From Candidatus Woesebacteria bacterium (lineage in GTDB: Bacteria; Patescibacteriota; Microgenomatia; UBA8517), in contig CP055307.1 of the NCBI GenBank assembly GCA_013374835.1, positions 343,315 to 407,314 of the forward strand: a DNA stretch of 64,000 nt. Direction: 5' to 3'. The notes beneath the pieces are model-generated. The model saw nothing but the letters and a program-made list of their open reading frames with translations. It searched no databases and was not told the origin of the DNA. The translations under genes and the position numbers were made by a program. Below, in pieces: positions 39,070 to 49,213 of the stretch (the first letter of the stretch is position 1; the number at the start of each line of letters is the position of its first letter).

Positions 39070-40692
39070 ATGGGGGAATATAAATGGGAAGTGATCAATA
39101 AGTCAAAAGCTTATGATATTATTGATGCTCTTCTTTACAATAGGGGTATAAAAACAAAAAAGGAGAAGAAAGAGTTTTTTAAACCGAGACACCCTGATGA
39201 AATAACTTTGGAAGAGTACGGAATTGATCCAGTGATGTTTGAGAAGGCAATTAAGCGAATTGAAAAGGCTCTTTCTAGAAAGGAGAAAATTGTTGTTTTC
39301 GGAGATTACGATGCGGATGGAATTTCCGCTACTGCAATCGTCTGGGAGGCTCTTTATAAGTTGGGCGGCAATGCAATGCCTTACATACCCGATAGATTTT
39401 CGGAAGGGTATGGCATGAGCACTTCTAGTATAGATGTTTTGTTTCAAAAATATCCAGATTTGTCATTATTAATAACGGTGGACAACGGAATTACTGCAAA
39501 TGAGGCTGTTTCTTATGCAAAAGAAAAGGGGATTGATGTTATAGTTACAGACCACCATCAGCCCGGAAAAAAGAAGCCCAAGGCACACTCTGTTGTTCAC
39601 AGTACAAAAATTTGCGGATCCGGAGTGGCATATGTTTTGGCAAATAAACTTGTCAAAGGCAATTGGCTTGAGCTTGCGGCTATTGGCACAATATCAGATC
39701 AGATGCCTCTTTTGTCTGTTAATCGTTCTATTGTTAAATACGGCTTGGCTGATCTTTCTTTGACTAAGCGTGAGGGGCTTGTTGCATTGTTTAAGCAAGC
39801 GGGGCTTGAAACTGCTTCTATTAATGCTTATCATGTGGGTTTTATAATTGCTCCAAGATTAAACGCCATGGGTAGGATGAGCAATTCGCTTGATTCGCTA
39901 AGGCTAATCTGTACAAAAGATTCTGAGAAAGCAAAGAGTTTGGCAACGATTTTAAACGAGATGAATGCGAGAAGGCAAATGGCTGTGGAAGAATCATATT
40001 CAGTTGCAAGAGAAATGGTGTCATTGGATTCTAGTGGAATAATCGCTGTTTCTCACGAGAACTTTCACGAGGGAATAATTGGTCTTATTGCTTCTAATCT
40101 TGTTGAAGAGTTTTATAGGCCTAGTATTGTTATTTCAAAGGGAAAGACTCTATCAAAAGCTTCGGCAAGATCAATTGTAGGTTTTAATATAATTGAGAGT
40201 ATTAGGAAGTTTGATCATTTTTTGGTTTCGTGTGGAGGTCATCCTATGGCTGCTGGATTTACTATTCGTAATAAAGATATCGATAAGTTTATAGATGAGT
40301 TTAATAATTTTGCAAAAGATTTTCTTAATGATGATCTGCTTCGAAAAACGCTTAGAGTTGATCTGGAGATAGGATTTGATGATATAAACTGGGAATTACA
40401 AGAAAGAATTGAAGATTTTGAACCTTTTGGTCTTGGAAACCCAGCGCCTAGCTTTTTGACGAGAGAGGTATGTATTGTTGAAAAAAAGGTAGTAGGCAGG
40501 GACGGGAAACACTTAAAACTTAAGCTTAGCCGAGACGGGCGTGAGTATAGCGCGATTGCTTTTGGATTTGGTGATAGGAAAATAGACGAGGACGAAAATA
40601 TTGATTTGGTGTACGGAATTGAAAAAAATTCATGGAATGGGCATGAGGAAATACAGCTAAACATAAAGGACATAAGGGCATCAAGTTTATGA
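39070..40692 (+). CDS. recJ: ssDNA exonuclease RecJ
   Basis: GDYDADG, TVDNG, TDHH, PRLNAMGR, GGHPMAAG, EPFGLGNP. Confidence 0.96.
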   Translation: MGEYKWEVINKSKAYDIIDALLYNRGIKTKKEKKEFFKPRHPDEITLEEYGIDPVMFEKAIKRIEKALSRKEKIVVFGDYDADGISATAIVWEALYKLGGNAMPYIPDRFSEGYGMSTSSIDVLFQKYPDLSLLITVDNGITANEAVSYAKEKGIDVIVTDHHQPGKKKPKAHSVVHSTKICGSGVAYVLANKLVKGNWLELAAIGTISDQMPLLSVNRSIVKYGLADLSLTKREGLVALFKQAGLETASINAYHVGFIIAPRLNAMGRMSNSLDSLRLICTKDSEKAKSLATILNEMNARRQMAVEESYSVAREMVSLDSSGIIAVSHENFHEGIIGLIASNLVEEFYRPSIVISKGKTLSKASARSIVGFNIIESIRKFDHFLVSCGGHPMAAGFTIRNKDIDKFIDEFNNFAKDFLNDDLLRKTLRVDLEIGFDDINWELQERIEDFEPFGLGNPAPSFLTREVCIVEKKVVGRDGKHLKLKLSRDGREYSAIAFGFGDRKIDEDENIDLVYGIEKNSWNGHEEIQLNIKDIRASSL

Positions 40693-42167
40693 AAATTAAC
40701 TATTTGGATGATTTGATTTATAAAGTTAAGGAGAAAGATATATCTATTGACTTAAATGTACTAAAAAAGGCGTATCAATTTGCCGAGATAGCTCATTACG
40801 GGCAAAAAAGAAAAACCGGAGAGGATTATATTTCGCATGTTGTTGAGGTGGCTAAACTTCTTTGTGAGTGGAAGCTTGATCAAGATACTATTGTAGCCGG
40901 AATTTTGCATGACGTTGTTGAGGATGGTGGAATTAAGATTGAAGAAATATCAAGAGAATTTGGTCGTGATGTAGCCTTTTTGGTTGACGGTATGACAAAG
41001 GTTTCCAATGTTAGATTGAAGGGAAGCCGTGAACAGGAGTTTGTAGAGAATTTAAGAAAAATGTTTTTGGTAATGGCTAAAGACTTGAGAGTGGTTCTTA
41101 TTAAGCTTGCAGATCGGGTTCATAATATGAGGACATTGGAACCTTTACCTGAGAGCAAGAGAATTAGAATTGCTACGGAGACACTTGAAGTGTTTGCTCC
41201 GCTTGCTGAGCGTTTGGGTATGGGTGAGATAAAGGCGGAGCTTGAAGATTGTGCTTTTCCTTACGTTTATCCTAAGCAATATAAAGAGGTTTTTCAGAAA
41301 TCAAAACCTTTTTATCATAATGCGGAAAAGCACATTGAATCTATGAGGAGAGAGGTACTAAAGGAGCTTGCAAGGGCTGGGATTGAAGACGTTGATATAC
41401 ATGCTAGAAAGAAGCATCTTTATTCTTTGTGGAAGAAGCTTGAAAGACGTGAGATTGATTGGAATTTCGATAAGGTTTATGACATTGTGGCAATGCGGGT
41501 TATTGTTGATAAGGTAGCGGATTGTTATTTAGCGCTTGGGACAATTCATTCAATTTATAAGCCTGTACCTCATATCGGGGTAAGTGATTTTATAGCTCAG
41601 CCAAAACCAAACGGCTATAGATCTATTCATACTAAAGTTTTTGGACCAGGCGGCAGAATAGTTGAGGTGCAGATTAGAACTAAAGAGATGAATTATCAAG
41701 CTGAGTATGGCTTGGCTGCTCATTGGGCATATTCTGAGGCAAAGTCAAAGGGAGCACGGGATGAGGTTCTGCAGAAATTCGGAGCGAGTATTTCTACTGA
41801 CAAGCTTGTTTGGGTTAAGCAGCTTGCGAGGTGGCAGGAGGAGTTAAAAGACAACAGGGAGTTTCTCAATTTTGTAAAGCTTGATTTTTTCAAGCATAGA
41901 AATTTTGTTTTTTCTCCCAAGGGAGATGTTTACGATCTTCCAAGCGGAGCTACACCAGTTGATTTTGCATATGCCGTCCATACAGGTTTGGGGAAATATA
42001 TTAAAGGAGCTCGGGTTAATGGACGTATTGTAGCCTTAGATTATGAGCTTAAAAGCGGTGATGTTTGTGAAATAATTAAGGCAAAAAATCCCGGTAAGCC
42101 AAATAAAAGGTGGCTTGATTTTGTGGTGACTAATACTGCTATACGCGCTATTAAAAAGGAATATTGA
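40689..42167 (+). CDS. rel: RelA/SpoT homolog (HD + synthetase + TGS only)
   Basis: LHDVVED, KLADRVHNMRTL, KPNGYRSIHT, AAHWAY, TPVDFAYAVHT. Confidence 0.93.
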   Translation: MKINYLDDLIYKVKEKDISIDLNVLKKAYQFAEIAHYGQKRKTGEDYISHVVEVAKLLCEWKLDQDTIVAGILHDVVEDGGIKIEEISREFGRDVAFLVDGMTKVSNVRLKGSREQEFVENLRKMFLVMAKDLRVVLIKLADRVHNMRTLEPLPESKRIRIATETLEVFAPLAERLGMGEIKAELEDCAFPYVYPKQYKEVFQKSKPFYHNAEKHIESMRREVLKELARAGIEDVDIHARKKHLYSLWKKLERREIDWNFDKVYDIVAMRVIVDKVADCYLALGTIHSIYKPVPHIGVSDFIAQPKPNGYRSIHTKVFGPGGRIVEVQIRTKEMNYQAEYGLAAHWAYSEAKSKGARDEVLQKFGASISTDKLVWVKQLARWQEELKDNREFLNFVKLDFFKHRNFVFSPKGDVYDLPSGATPVDFAYAVHTGLGKYIKGARVNGRIVALDYELKSGDVCEIIKAKNPGKPNKRWLDFVVTNTAIRAIKKEY

Positions 42168-42213
42168 CTCAGGGAGCCGCTAAACTTACAATCAGGAAGA
42201 AGCTTGGGTGATT

Positions 42214-43620
42214 ATGCAGAGAATACTTGTAAAAAGAAGTGTTTTGAAAAAAGATAAAGAAGTTTTACTTATGGGGTGGGTAGATAAGATAAGGGACCAT
42301 AAGCGTGTAGTTTTTATCGACCTAAGGGATATGAGTGGGGTAGTTCAGTGCGTGTTAGATCCTAAAGATTTTGACAGTAAAAAAATTACTATCGAGAGTG
42401 TCGTTGAGGTCGTTGGAGTGGTAAAAAAGCGACCAGAGAAATTAATAAATCCGAACATTGAGACGGGAGATATTGAGATAGAGGTTAAAGAAATTAATGT
42501 TTTATCTCCTGCCGGTGAGATACCTATTCCTTTAACAACCGATGGATATGAAATTGATGAATCCGTGAGGATGAAGTATCGGTATTTGGATCTTCGAAGA
42601 GCAAGAATGGCCCGGAATATTAGATTGCGGTCAAAGGTAGTACAATTTATCCGTGAATGGCTGCATGAAAGGGATTTTGTGGAGATTGAGACTCCGATAT
42701 TGACAAAGACAACTCCGGAGGGGGCAAGGGATTTTTTAGTTCCTTCAAGGCTTCAGCCTGGAAAGTTCTATGCATTACCTCAGTCTCCTCAGCAATATAA
42801 ACAACTTTTGATGATTGCTGGTTTTGAAAAGTATTTTCAGATTGCGCGCTGCTTTCGAGATGAAGATCCTAGGGCAGATCGTGCATATGGTGAATTTACA
42901 CAGCTTGATATAGAAATGAGTTTTGTTAAACAGGAGGATATTTTAAGATTAACGGAGAAGTTATTTACTCAATTAGTGAAGAAAATATTTCCTCATAAAA
43001 AAATTACTCAATCTCCTTGGCCCAGAATTTCTCATAAAGAAGCAATTGAAAAATATGGGAGTGATAAACCAGATTTGAGAAAAAACAAAGAGGATAAAGA
43101 TGAGCTGGCTTTTGCCTGGATAGTTGATTTTCCTTTGTTTGTGAAACAGAGCGATGATGATTATTTCTACGGATCGGGTGAAGCGCGTTTTGCCCCAAGC
43201 CATCACATGTTTACAGCGCCTCATCCTGATGATTTTACTCTCTTGGATAAAGATCCAATGAGAGTAAGAGGGCTGCAGCATGACATGATTTTGAACGGTT
43301 TTGAGGTGGGGGGAGGAAGTGTGCGAATTCATGATGCAAAGATTCAGGAAAAAGTTTTTGAACTTATTGGATTTAGCAAAAAGCAGCGGGATCAGTTTGA
43401 ACATATGCTGACGGCTTTTACTTACGGCGTGCCTCCACATGGCGGGATTGCTCCGGGGATTGATAGGTTTATTTATGTTGCTTTGGGTGAACCGAGTATC
43501 AGGGAGGTTATGGCTTTTCCGGCTACATCTGGAGGACAAACCGCCGTAATGGATGCTCCAAGCAGTGCGGATAAGAAGCAATTATCTGAGTTGGGCATAG
43601 AGGTAAAATCCGAAAAATGA
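42214..43620 (+). CDS. aspS: Aspartyl-tRNA synthetase (short, no GAD insertion)
   Basis: RYLDLRR, LPQSPQQYKQ, CFRDED, PPHGGIAPGIDR. Confidence 0.96.
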   Translation: MQRILVKRSVLKKDKEVLLMGWVDKIRDHKRVVFIDLRDMSGVVQCVLDPKDFDSKKITIESVVEVVGVVKKRPEKLINPNIETGDIEIEVKEINVLSPAGEIPIPLTTDGYEIDESVRMKYRYLDLRRARMARNIRLRSKVVQFIREWLHERDFVEIETPILTKTTPEGARDFLVPSRLQPGKFYALPQSPQQYKQLLMIAGFEKYFQIARCFRDEDPRADRAYGEFTQLDIEMSFVKQEDILRLTEKLFTQLVKKIFPHKKITQSPWPRISHKEAIEKYGSDKPDLRKNKEDKDELAFAWIVDFPLFVKQSDDDYFYGSGEARFAPSHHMFTAPHPDDFTLLDKDPMRVRGLQHDMILNGFEVGGGSVRIHDAKIQEKVFELIGFSKKQRDQFEHMLTAFTYGVPPHGGIAPGIDRFIYVALGEPSIREVMAFPATSGGQTAVMDAPSSADKKQLSELGIEVKSEK

Positions 43621-44555
43621 CGTTTTTTCGATATTTAAAGAATAAACTTTTTTATTTTTCTATGGCCTCTTTTATATTTGTGGCTTCGTTTGCTTTTTAT
43701 GCTAGTTCGTTTGCAAAAATTCGAAACCGGCAGATTGTATATGAACCGAGATATGACCTTAGCCCGATACCGATGCTTAAAGGTAAAGTATCTTTTCCCG
43801 TACTTTCTGCATGGGGGGTTTACGCTATTGATCTTGATTCCAGAATTTCTCTTTTTGAGAAGAATTCCGACATAGCCTTTTTTCCGGCTTCTACGACTAA
43901 GATAATGACTGCTTTGGTTGCGATTGAAAATTATTCAACAGATGAGCGAGTCAGAATAAATGGAGAATATATTCCCGGTCAAAAAATGGGGCTTATTGCG
44001 GGTGAGGAGATTACCGTGCGGGATCTTTTAGATGGACTTTTGATTTTTTCGGGCAATGATGCTGCTGAGGCGTTGGCAGACCATTTTCCAAACGGGAGAG
44101 ACGGATTTGTTTATGAAATGAATAGGCGAGCAAAAGCCTTGGGGCTTAAAAATACTTATTTTTCAAATCCTTCGGGGTTAGATGAGGTTAACCACTTTTC
44201 TACGGCACGCGATCTTGTTATTTTAACAGAGTTTGCTCTTGATAATCCTATTTTTTCGGAAATAGTTTCTACGGAGTCAAAAACTGTTACAAGTATTGAT
44301 GGAACCATAGTGCATAGACTTACTAATTTGAATGAGCTTCTTGGAGAGGTAGATGGTGTATTGGGAGTAAAAACAGGGTGGACGGAGAATGCAAGGGAGA
44401 ATTTGGTTACTTATGTAAATCGTAATGGCAGGCGTGTACTGATTTCGCTGATGGGTAGCCAAGATAGATTTGGAGAAACGAGGGAGCTTATTAATTTTAT
44501 ATTTGAAAATTATAAATGGGTTTATCCATCGGCTCCGGTTTCGGTTTCGCCGTAA
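43617..44555 (+). CDS. D-Ala-D-Ala carboxypeptidase (peptidase S11)
   Basis: ASTTK, SGN, KTG motifs. Confidence 0.92.
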   Translation: MTFFRYLKNKLFYFSMASFIFVASFAFYASSFAKIRNRQIVYEPRYDLSPIPMLKGKVSFPVLSAWGVYAIDLDSRISLFEKNSDIAFFPASTTKIMTALVAIENYSTDERVRINGEYIPGQKMGLIAGEEITVRDLLDGLLIFSGNDAAEALADHFPNGRDGFVYEMNRRAKALGLKNTYFSNPSGLDEVNHFSTARDLVILTEFALDNPIFSEIVSTESKTVTSIDGTIVHRLTNLNELLGEVDGVLGVKTGWTENARENLVTYVNRNGRRVLISLMGSQDRFGETRELINFIFENYKWVYPSAPVSVSP

Positions 44556-45604
44556 TAGTCTGAGCTAACAGCAGGGACATAACCTACAAATCCTTTATCT
44601 CCTTCAAATACGACTATGGGCTGGAAAAATTGCGAGGGGACGTTTGGATCGTAGTATGCAAGATAAATATTTCTTATTGTGATAACGCCTTCTTTGTTAA
44701 GTCCGAGGTTTGCAATATAGCCTTTGCCTTTTTTAAGATCATCAAGTGCTTCCTGGCTTGTTTTGATGGGATAAGTTTCTTTTTGTTCTTCATCTATTGG
44801 ATAATAGTGGAATTCGGAAGCTATTATTCTTTTTTCAGTTTCTCTTGCGCCGCTTATTATAAACCAGACGTTTGCTTCAAGCGGATTTTTTGTTAAGCTT
44901 TTGTATTGCCCTTCTTCGCCGAATGATTTTCTAAACAAGTTTACTTTGACGAAGTTTGCCTCCGAAAGAGACAAGGCACTTACAAGTTTTTGGTTTTCCA
45001 GTTTTAGAAATTGTGCGTTGCCAAAAACAGTGAGATCTTTGGGAAGACTGTTGATTCTACTTAATGTGCTTTTTGCTATATCTTGGGCAGTTTCGGGAAA
45101 TGGCGGTTTGCTGTTTAAGGGAGACGGGTCTGCCGCTAAATTATAGCTTGTGGAAAAGGTGCCTGTTATTATATTCATTTCCATTGAAGCCGGTACTTGG
45201 GGATGTCTGAATCTATAGAGTGTGGAGCTTATTTCCGTTGGATTTGGGCTAAAGCCTAGTGCTTTTGCTTTTTCTTTGGCAATGTCAACCGAGTTTAGGT
45301 TCGCTGAAGATTTGGGCATATAATAAACGGGCATAGAGATAGGAAAATCAGGAAGAGTGCCCGTTGATGTTTCTACAGTGAAGGTGAGAGAGGGTATCGA
45401 AGCATCTTGTTCGGGGAATGGTATTTGTGGAAGGCGGCTAAAGCCAACCGTTGGCGGCGGAGGTGCGGGGGGGAAGAATTTGAGTCTTAATTGGTTGGCT
45501 GTATTTATAGCAAATCGCGCGATGAATATAAAAATCATGAAGTAGATACCGTATCTTATTGATTTTCTTGTTTTAATAGCAATATTTGTTAATTTAGTGG
45601 CCAT
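44522..45604 (-). CDS. Membrane-anchored hypothetical protein
   Basis: 360-aa ORF, N-terminal TM then Pro-rich linker; C-terminal QPIVVFEG..FVGYVPAV. Confidence 0.75.
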   Translation of the reverse strand: MATKLTNIAIKTRKSIRYGIYFMIFIFIARFAINTANQLRLKFFPPAPPPPTVGFSRLPQIPFPEQDASIPSLTFTVETSTGTLPDFPISMPVYYMPKSSANLNSVDIAKEKAKALGFSPNPTEISSTLYRFRHPQVPASMEMNIITGTFSTSYNLAADPSPLNSKPPFPETAQDIAKSTLSRINSLPKDLTVFGNAQFLKLENQKLVSALSLSEANFVKVNLFRKSFGEEGQYKSLTKNPLEANVWFIISGARETEKRIIASEFHYYPIDEEQKETYPIKTSQEALDDLKKGKGYIANLGLNKEGVITIRNIYLAYYDPNVPSQFFQPIVVFEGDKGFVGYVPAVSSDYYGETETGADG

Positions 45605-45648
45605 ATATCTTTGAGTATAATTTTAACAGATGGTAGAATTCAATTGAA

Positions 45649-46911
45649 ATGGTAAGAGTAAGGATAGCGCCTTCGCCAACTGGTTTTGCTCATGTAGGTA
45701 CTGCCTATACTGCTTTATTTAATTATGCTTTTGCTAAAAAAAATGGTGGGCAATTTGTGCTTCGGCTTGAGGATACTGATATTAAAAGAAATGTTGAGGG
45801 CGCTGAAAAGGCGATCTATGAGGGATTAACCTGGCTTGGCTTAACTTGGGATGAGGGAGCTGATATCGGCGGGAAATATGGGCCATACAAACAATCCGAA
45901 CGACTTGAAACTTATAAACAGTATGTTGAGCGGCTTTTGGATTCTGGGTATGCTTATCGAGACCAAAGAGCTATAAGGTTTAAAAATCCGAATTTAGATA
46001 TATTTTGGGACGATAAGGTTCGAGGTAGAATATCTTTTCCTGGCAACGAAATAAAAGATTTTGTAATTGTTAAATCTGATGGATTTCCTACTTATAATTT
46101 TGCCGTTGTAGTGGATGATATTTTAATGAAGATAACACATGTTATTCGTGGCGAAGAACATATATCAAATACTCCAAGACAAATTGCGATTTATAAGGCT
46201 TTGGATGAGAAGATACCCACTTTTGCACACTTGCCGACGTTGAGGAATAAAGATAGAAAGAAGCTTTCCAAGAGAAGAGATCCTGTTGATCTTAGAATTT
46301 TTCGATCAGAAGGTTATTTGCCTGAGGCTTTAGTAAATTTTCTTTGTCTACTTGGATGGTCGCACCCAGAAGAGAAGGAAATATTTGATTTGAAAGAATT
46401 TGTTGAGCTTTTTAGCCTTGAGAGAGTTAGGAAAGCGGGACCGATTTTTGATATGGAGAAACTCAATTGGATTAATGGTGAATATCTTAGAAAAATCCAA
46501 AAATCAAAATTGAGCAATCAAATATTTGCATTTTATGGTGGGAGATACTCAAAAAAGCTCATCAGCAAGATCGTTCCGTTAATTCAGAATAGGATGAGAA
46601 AGCTAACTGAATTTGAAAGTTTAGCTGGATTTATGTTTAATCGGAAAAAGCCCTTAAGGGTAACTGATAATTTTGAGCGGCATATAAAGGCTGCTTTTGA
46701 TGCTGTTTCCGGGATAAAAAAATGGGAAAGACAAGCAATTGATGAGAGTCTTATTAATAAAGTTAAGTCAGAAGGGTTTAAGACTGGAGATTTTTTTATG
46801 GATTTAAGGGCTTCGTTGTCCGGAAGCCGAGTGACTCCACCGATTAATGATTGTATTTATATTCTTGGAAAGGATGAGGTGCTAGAGAGGCTTTCTTTGT
46901 CGTTAAAATGA
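45649..46911 (+). CDS. gltX: Glutamyl-tRNA synthetase (compact)
   Basis: RIAPSPTG.AHVG, LRLEDTD, THVIRGEEH, KLSKR. Confidence 0.96.
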   Translation: MVRVRIAPSPTGFAHVGTAYTALFNYAFAKKNGGQFVLRLEDTDIKRNVEGAEKAIYEGLTWLGLTWDEGADIGGKYGPYKQSERLETYKQYVERLLDSGYAYRDQRAIRFKNPNLDIFWDDKVRGRISFPGNEIKDFVIVKSDGFPTYNFAVVVDDILMKITHVIRGEEHISNTPRQIAIYKALDEKIPTFAHLPTLRNKDRKKLSKRRDPVDLRIFRSEGYLPEALVNFLCLLGWSHPEEKEIFDLKEFVELFSLERVRKAGPIFDMEKLNWINGEYLRKIQKSKLSNQIFAFYGGRYSKKLISKIVPLIQNRMRKLTEFESLAGFMFNRKKPLRVTDNFERHIKAAFDAVSGIKKWERQAIDESLINKVKSEGFKTGDFFMDLRASLSGSRVTPPINDCIYILGKDEVLERLSLSLK

Positions 46912-47909
46912 AAAAGAAAAATAATGAGATTGTCAAGGCTAAAGATGAAATAGTAAAGTATGATTTTGAGAATATTCGGGAAAAATTAAAGTTAAAAAGC
47001 TTTGATACGAAAAAGTCTTTTAGCGAGAAATATACTAAAGCTGATAGCTATTTAAAATCAAAGGGGTTTGATATATCAAGGATTAGGGAAAATTCGGCAA
47101 AGCTTGTTGGTGCAGGGGCGCTTCTCGGTTCTCTTTTGTTGTCGCCACCTATTTCTTTGGAGGACGGGTTAAATACCGAAGAGTTTGTTATTGAAGGGCT
47201 TAGGGGTGAAAAAAATGTGCCCATAGTTATGCCCGAGGAGGGTGTTATTGATATGCTTTCAAAGCTTTTACCTAAGAAACCTCGACCCTTATCAAGAATA
47301 GAGGAAAAATATTTGGAACGGGTTTTTGAGGATGTTATTGGCGTACCTGCACGGGCTACGCTTGAGGGAGAGCATCTTAATACTACTTACGGGTATATTG
47401 GCGCGGAGCAGCATTTAAAAAGATACCCGGGGGATAGATTGACTGATCACTTGCCGCGAGAGGGTGAATATGGGTTTGATAATCCGCAAGAAATTGTAAA
47501 GGAGGGCATTGCTCCCGGACTTGGCGCGTGGGGATATTTTGCTTCTTCAAGGGAAAAGCTTAGTGATGATCTTCGTGAGGTTGAAAAGTGGTATGCGGTT
47601 GTTCAGACGTTATATCTTCCGGATTGGAATATGCGCGCGAAATATTTGAAGGATTGGTACAAATACAGAAAGGTGTTGATTGTAAATCCCGAAAACGGAA
47701 AAGCCTTGGTCGCTTCGATTGCTGATTCAGGGCCTGCTGCTTGGACGGGAAAACATTTTGGGGGCAGTCCTGAAGTGATGAATTACCTTGGAGGTGCAAA
47801 GTATAAAAAGGGCGCTGTGGTTGTTTTTTTTGTTGATGATCCAAATAACAGTGTACCTTTGGGACCTGTCCGTTATAATATAGAAAGATTGCCGGGACTA
47901 AAAACATGA
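46908..47909 (+). CDS. Conserved hypothetical protein
   Basis: 333-aa ORF in operon; GAEQHL, APGLGAWGYF, DSGPAAWTGKHFGGSPE. Confidence 0.75.
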   Translation: MKKKNNEIVKAKDEIVKYDFENIREKLKLKSFDTKKSFSEKYTKADSYLKSKGFDISRIRENSAKLVGAGALLGSLLLSPPISLEDGLNTEEFVIEGLRGEKNVPIVMPEEGVIDMLSKLLPKKPRPLSRIEEKYLERVFEDVIGVPARATLEGEHLNTTYGYIGAEQHLKRYPGDRLTDHLPREGEYGFDNPQEIVKEGIAPGLGAWGYFASSREKLSDDLREVEKWYAVVQTLYLPDWNMRAKYLKDWYKYRKVLIVNPENGKALVASIADSGPAAWTGKHFGGSPEVMNYLGGAKYKKGAVVVFFVDDPNNSVPLGPVRYNIERLPGLKT

Positions 47910-48259
47910 GCAGTGTATTTTACGATCATTTAATAGATTTAAAAAAGGTTGAGAAGCATATCAAAAAAGTTGCTAAAACTCCTGAGGAGCGGGAGGAACT
48001 TTATAAATTGGTTGATGAGATAGTTCATCATAGGGTGATTGGGTGTATTCTTGATAATTTACCTGAGGATGAGCATGAAGTTTTTATGAGAAAGCTTATA
48101 AAAAAGCCGCATGATAGAAGGATTATGAAATATTTGGCAAAGAGAGTTGCTAAGGATGTAGAGGAATTCATAAAGTCTGAGATAAACAAGCTTGCGGTTG
48201 AGCTTTTGAGTATTGTTGAGGAGAAGACAAGACCTTCAGAAAAATCCAAGCTGAGTTAG
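47906..48259 (+). CDS. Hypothetical helical protein
   Basis: 117-aa ORF translationally coupled to upstream gene. Confidence 0.7.
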   Translation: MSSVFYDHLIDLKKVEKHIKKVAKTPEEREELYKLVDEIVHHRVIGCILDNLPEDEHEVFMRKLIKKPHDRRIMKYLAKRVAKDVEEFIKSEINKLAVELLSIVEEKTRPSEKSKLS

Positions 48260-48260
48260 C

Positions 48261-48578
48261 ATGAAAAGGGATTACGGTGGGGTAATTTGGACGGATCATG
48301 CCCTTGAGAGGTTGCGGGAGCGAGGTATAAAGCAGGGGGATGCGTGGGCAGTGTTTAACCGACCGGATCAGAGCAGATATACAAAATCAAAGAGCGCATG
48401 GATTTACTACAAAATTTTCGGTAATCGAAGAATTGAGGTGGTGGCTAAAAAAAATGAGGAAGGCAAGTGGATAATACTATCTGTTTGGTCAAAGAGCGTG
48501 AATAAGAAACTTTCCGGTAAAAAGAGTGAAGGGGGCGGACTTTTATCCGCTTTATTAAGGTTTTTTAGGGGTATGTAG
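48261..48578 (+). CDS. DUF4258-like (RelE/BrnT-like fold) small protein
   Basis: WTDHALERLRERGI...IILSVW. Confidence 0.6.
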   Translation: MKRDYGGVIWTDHALERLRERGIKQGDAWAVFNRPDQSRYTKSKSAWIYYKIFGNRRIEVVAKKNEEGKWIILSVWSKSVNKKLSGKKSEGGGLLSALLRFFRGM

Positions 48579-48608
48579 GCTAATTTGTGATAAAATAGGC
48601 ATAATTAT

Positions 48609-48682
48609 TGCCTGGTCGTCTAATGGTAGGACGTCGCGCTCTGGACGCGAAAATTGGGGTTCGAATCCCTACCGGGCAGCCA
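48609..48682 (+). tRNA. tRNA-Gln(CTG) with encoded CCA
   Basis: TGCCTGG..CCGGGCA acceptor, TCGCG-CTCTGGA-CGCGA anticodon arm, GGTTCGAATCC. Confidence 0.95.
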
Positions 48683-49213
48683 ACAAGTAGGGCTAGAGGG
48701 TTGCAAAGACTCTTTTGAATTGATTTATAGGGATGTTTTGTCGGTTCGAAATCTTGTTCAAAATTCTCCCGAATTCACTACTTTTGAACTGTTCTATGTA
48801 ATACACGCTACTTATAAATTAACAACTTTCTTCTTGACTACTTTTGCAAATAGACTTTTGGTTTTTAGAAATAATTGTTTGCATAAAATGAACGTGAGTT
48901 CATATAATTGTTGTTCAGTATTAAACTTGAGAGTCAAGATAGATTGCTTATCTACCCTTCTCTTTTTATAGCTTTTTAACATTTTTATAGGATATTATTT
49001 GTCTTGTTAATTCTGGGTGTGGGATAATCGTTCTAAAGATGAGAAGGTTTTGGGTAAGACTGCCTAAGGAAAACGTTTTTGATTTCGGAAACAATTAATC
49101 TCTACTCCCTTTAAATTGTTATCACATGGCCTAATAAAAACTTTGTTTAGGTAGCAATTTTTGTCAGATATCTTTTAGAGATATTTTTAGTTTTTTGTGT
49201 TAAGATGCAAATT

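Noticed and set aside
42169-42182. 14-bp exact match TCAGGGAGCCGCTA between the aspS promoter spacer and the TR relic (34880-34893)
   Set aside because: Several 14-mer matches are expected by chance in 64 kb, and there is no flanking similarity.
42973-43581. 202-aa antisense ORF within aspS, and similar antisense ORFs (16231-16695, 20737-21219, 40239-40673)
   Set aside because: Shadow ORFs opposite well-conserved genes, with no independent coding signal.
48654-48971. 105-aa ORF starting inside tRNA-Gln
   Set aside because: Overlaps the tRNA, has a TTG start and no recognisable motif; likely spurious or a remnant.
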